From a bacterium (GTDB lineage: Bacteria > UBA8248 > JACPRG01 > G963555815): DNA of 64,000 nucleotides. The notes below the pieces were generated by a model. It worked only from the letters and a program-made list of their open reading frames with translations, ran no database searches and was not told the DNA's origin. The position numbers and the translations under genes are program-made. The stretch covers positions 640,001 through 704,000 of the forward strand of contig CBDHDG010000005.1 in NCBI GenBank assembly GCA_965261595.1, in the 5' to 3' direction. Positions 62,029 through 64,000 of this stretch are shown one piece after another; the stretch's first letter is position 1, and every line of letters begins with the position of its first letter.

Positions 62029-62451
62029 TCACCTGAGAGGACCTCCTTCTGGTATCTCATCCTCTTTCTCAGGCTTCTTCTCATCGAATTTAAACTTGGG
62101 CTTTGGCACACGACAATTTTCCAAACCGCCAGCGAATTGACGCAATGTGCGATTCCTGTGGCGGAAAGCGTTGATCTCTGCGGTTTCCTTCCCCTTCACG
62201 TTCATAAAGAACCAAGGAACAATGAGAAAAATCCCTGCCACCCCCATTGCCACATTGTAGCCTGTCGTCCCTTGCTTTGCGCTTACCAACCGAATTATCT
62301 CGGCCTCGTTCGAGGCGATTTCCGCATTGAGGCTCTGGCAAGAGCGTTTCTCATCTCCAACTTGGTATCTCAGAACGGGATTCGGTTCAGAACCGATACA
62401 TCCAGAAAGCACCAGTGAAACGGCGATCATCAAGCACAATATCTTGGTCAT
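62029..62451 (-). CDS. Hypothetical lipoprotein
   Basis: Lipobox VLSGC, extra Cys pair, internal hydrophobic segment; GGAG SD. Confidence 0.75.
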   Translation of the reverse strand: MTKILCLMIAVSLVLSGCIGSEPNPVLRYQVGDEKRSCQSLNAEIASNEAEIIRLVSAKQGTTGYNVAMGVAGIFLIVPWFFMNVKGKETAEINAFRHRNRTLRQFAGGLENCRVPKPKFKFDEKKPEKEDEIPEGGPLR

Positions 62452-62628
62452 GTTTCATCTCCATGTGATCGTGCGCCAGCCTGCCGCTGGGCACGCCACG
62501 GTGCCGGGCCGTAGCCAACATCTCTCGGAATAGAAGACGCCCCCGCCTATTCACCGGGCCTGGGGAGCTACCCCGAGCCGGACAGAGGGCTGTTGTATTC
62601 AGCGGGTAACCCGATATAATTCCCAAAA

Positions 62629-62659
62629 TTAAAAGCCCCCCGGAAAGACCGGGGGGCTT
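62629..62659 (-). terminator. Intrinsic terminator on the minus strand
   Basis: AAGCCCCCCGG-aaaga-CCGGGGGGCTT preceded by an A-run on the plus strand. Confidence 0.65.
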
Positions 62660-62674
62660 CCGTTAGGGGTGTTG

Positions 62675-64000
62675 TCCCCCGCTCTAGGGTTTTGTTGGAC
62701 ACTCGATTGATCCATGATTCATGGAGAAAGGGGTGTCGCGATGAACGAACAAAAGCAAGAGGGGGCTTTGGCGGAGGGCGCCCGCAGGGCGAACGGAGCC
62801 AAGGCCCCAGGGCATCGCAGTGAGCGGGGTCGGTTCTCCTGCCAGGCGCAAGCGGGAGGCGGTCCTGCGTCTTTTGCGGGGCGAGAGCCTGGAGACGCTC
62901 TGCCGCGAGTTGGGCACGACAGCGGCTCGGCTTTCCGCCTGGCGCGAGGCGTTCCTTCGCGGGGGCGAGGCGGCGCTCAAAGCCCGCCCGGCGGATGAGC
63001 GGGCCGAGGAGAACGCCCGGCTCAAGGCCAAGGTGGGCGAACTCACGATGGAGGGCGAGGTCCTGCGGGAGAAGATCGACCGCCTGGAGGCCGGCCGCCC
63101 TTTAGCCGGCAGGAGGTGGAGGCGATGAGTCAGGCCCGCTTCACCTCCACGGGCAGAGCCTACGGCCTGAAGCGGGTGTGCGCCCTTTGGGGCTTGGCGC
63201 GCTCCACGGTCTACGCGCAACGGCGGCGAGAGGCGGTCCCCGTTCATGAACGCCCCACGCCCAATAAGCGCGGCCCTGTGGGCCCGTGCACCGATGCGGA
63301 ACTCCTCGGCCACATCCGGCAGGTCCTGGAGGACTCTCCCTTCCATGGCGAGGGCTACCGCAAGGTGTGGGCGAGGCTGCGCTTCGCGGGCATCCGCACC
63401 AGCAAGGAGCGGGTGCGTCGCCTGATGCGGGAGGCGGGGCTTCAGGCCCCCCACCGGGTGGGCAAACCCCGAGGTCCCAAGGCCCACAACGGGACCATCC
63501 GCACCGAGCGGCCCGACCGAATGTGGGGCACGGACATGACGACGACGGTGACCACCGAGGAGGGGATGGCCTCGGTGTTCGTGGCGGTGGATCACTGCTC
63601 GGTGGACTGCGTGGGGATCCATGCGGCCAAGAGCGGCAACCGCTTCGAGGCCCTGGAGCCGATCCGGCAGGGGGTCGCCGAGCGCTTCGCCGGCTTGGAG
63701 GCGGACGTCGCCGAGGGGCTTAAAGTTCGTCACGACCACGGCCCCGCCTATCTGTCCGATGACTTTCAGCGGGAGATCGCCTACCTGGGCATGACCAGTT
63801 CGCCCAGCTTCGTGCGGGCGCCCGAGGGAAATGGCTACTGTGAGTGGTTCATCCGCATCTTGAAGGAGAATCTCCTGTGGGTGCGCTCTTTCGCCACCGT
63901 AGAGGAACTGCGGTGGGCGCTGCTTGAGTTCAAGAACCTGTACAACCATCATTGGATTCTCGAGGGCTACGGCTACCGAACGCCGGCCCAGGCAAGGCAG
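62675..64000 (+). mobile_element. IS3-like insertion sequence, copy 2 (truncated by window end; orfB starts at 63125)
   Basis: Matches 41635-42960 at an offset of 21040 with about 4 substitutions seen by eye. Confidence 0.93.

Noticed and set aside
41635..64000. Composite transposon formed by the two directly repeated IS copies around 19.6 kb
   Set aside because: Copy 1 has its own GTAG duplication on both sides and copy 2 is preceded by GTTG, which indicates independent insertions; the enclosed DNA includes core-like pntAB. Deletion by recombination remains possible.
1..64000. Genome-wide reassignment of TAG or TGA
   Set aside because: Both codons end many clearly complete genes; only the 47630 TGA has motif and SECIS support
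1..64000. CRISPR array, tRNA (including selC) or rRNA
   Set aside because: No regularly spaced repeats, cloverleaf motifs or rRNA-like sequence were seen

Overview
High-GC bacterial chromosome window (taxon cannot be fixed from sequence alone). Bases 1-12.8 kb hold intact housekeeping-type genes: trpS, M50 protease, DHH-CBS tRNA nucleotidyltransferase, nfeD/SPFH, RluA-family synthase, PaaZ/BoxD-type aldehyde dehydrogenase and a Cu P1B-ATPase. Bases 13-54 kb form an accessory catabolic region that looks aimed at N-heterocycles/aromatics. It contains a Rieske oxygenase, NMT1/THI5-type ABC transporters, a ComDE-like decarboxylase, three xanthine-dehydrogenase-family Mo large subunits, UbiD decarboxylases (a third lies at 58-59 kb), amidohydrolases, a yheO-ygeY-ygeW-like/opine dehydrogenase/deaminase operon, an LLM oxidoreductase, an IadA-like enzyme and a LigAB-type dioxygenase. 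Further right are pntAB, yjbQ, a broken sulfatase-like gene and an AT-rich islet with a ClpP-like peptidase. Two near-identical IS3-like elements are present. The strongest hidden signal is an orphan PrdB/GrdB-family selenoprotein (47129-48022), which the ORF track splits at an in-frame TGA. It has a UxxC motif and a SECIS-like hairpin 11 nt downstream. Several accessory genes carry frameshifts or in-frame TAG codons (decay or assembly error). No rRNA, tRNA or CRISPR array was seen.
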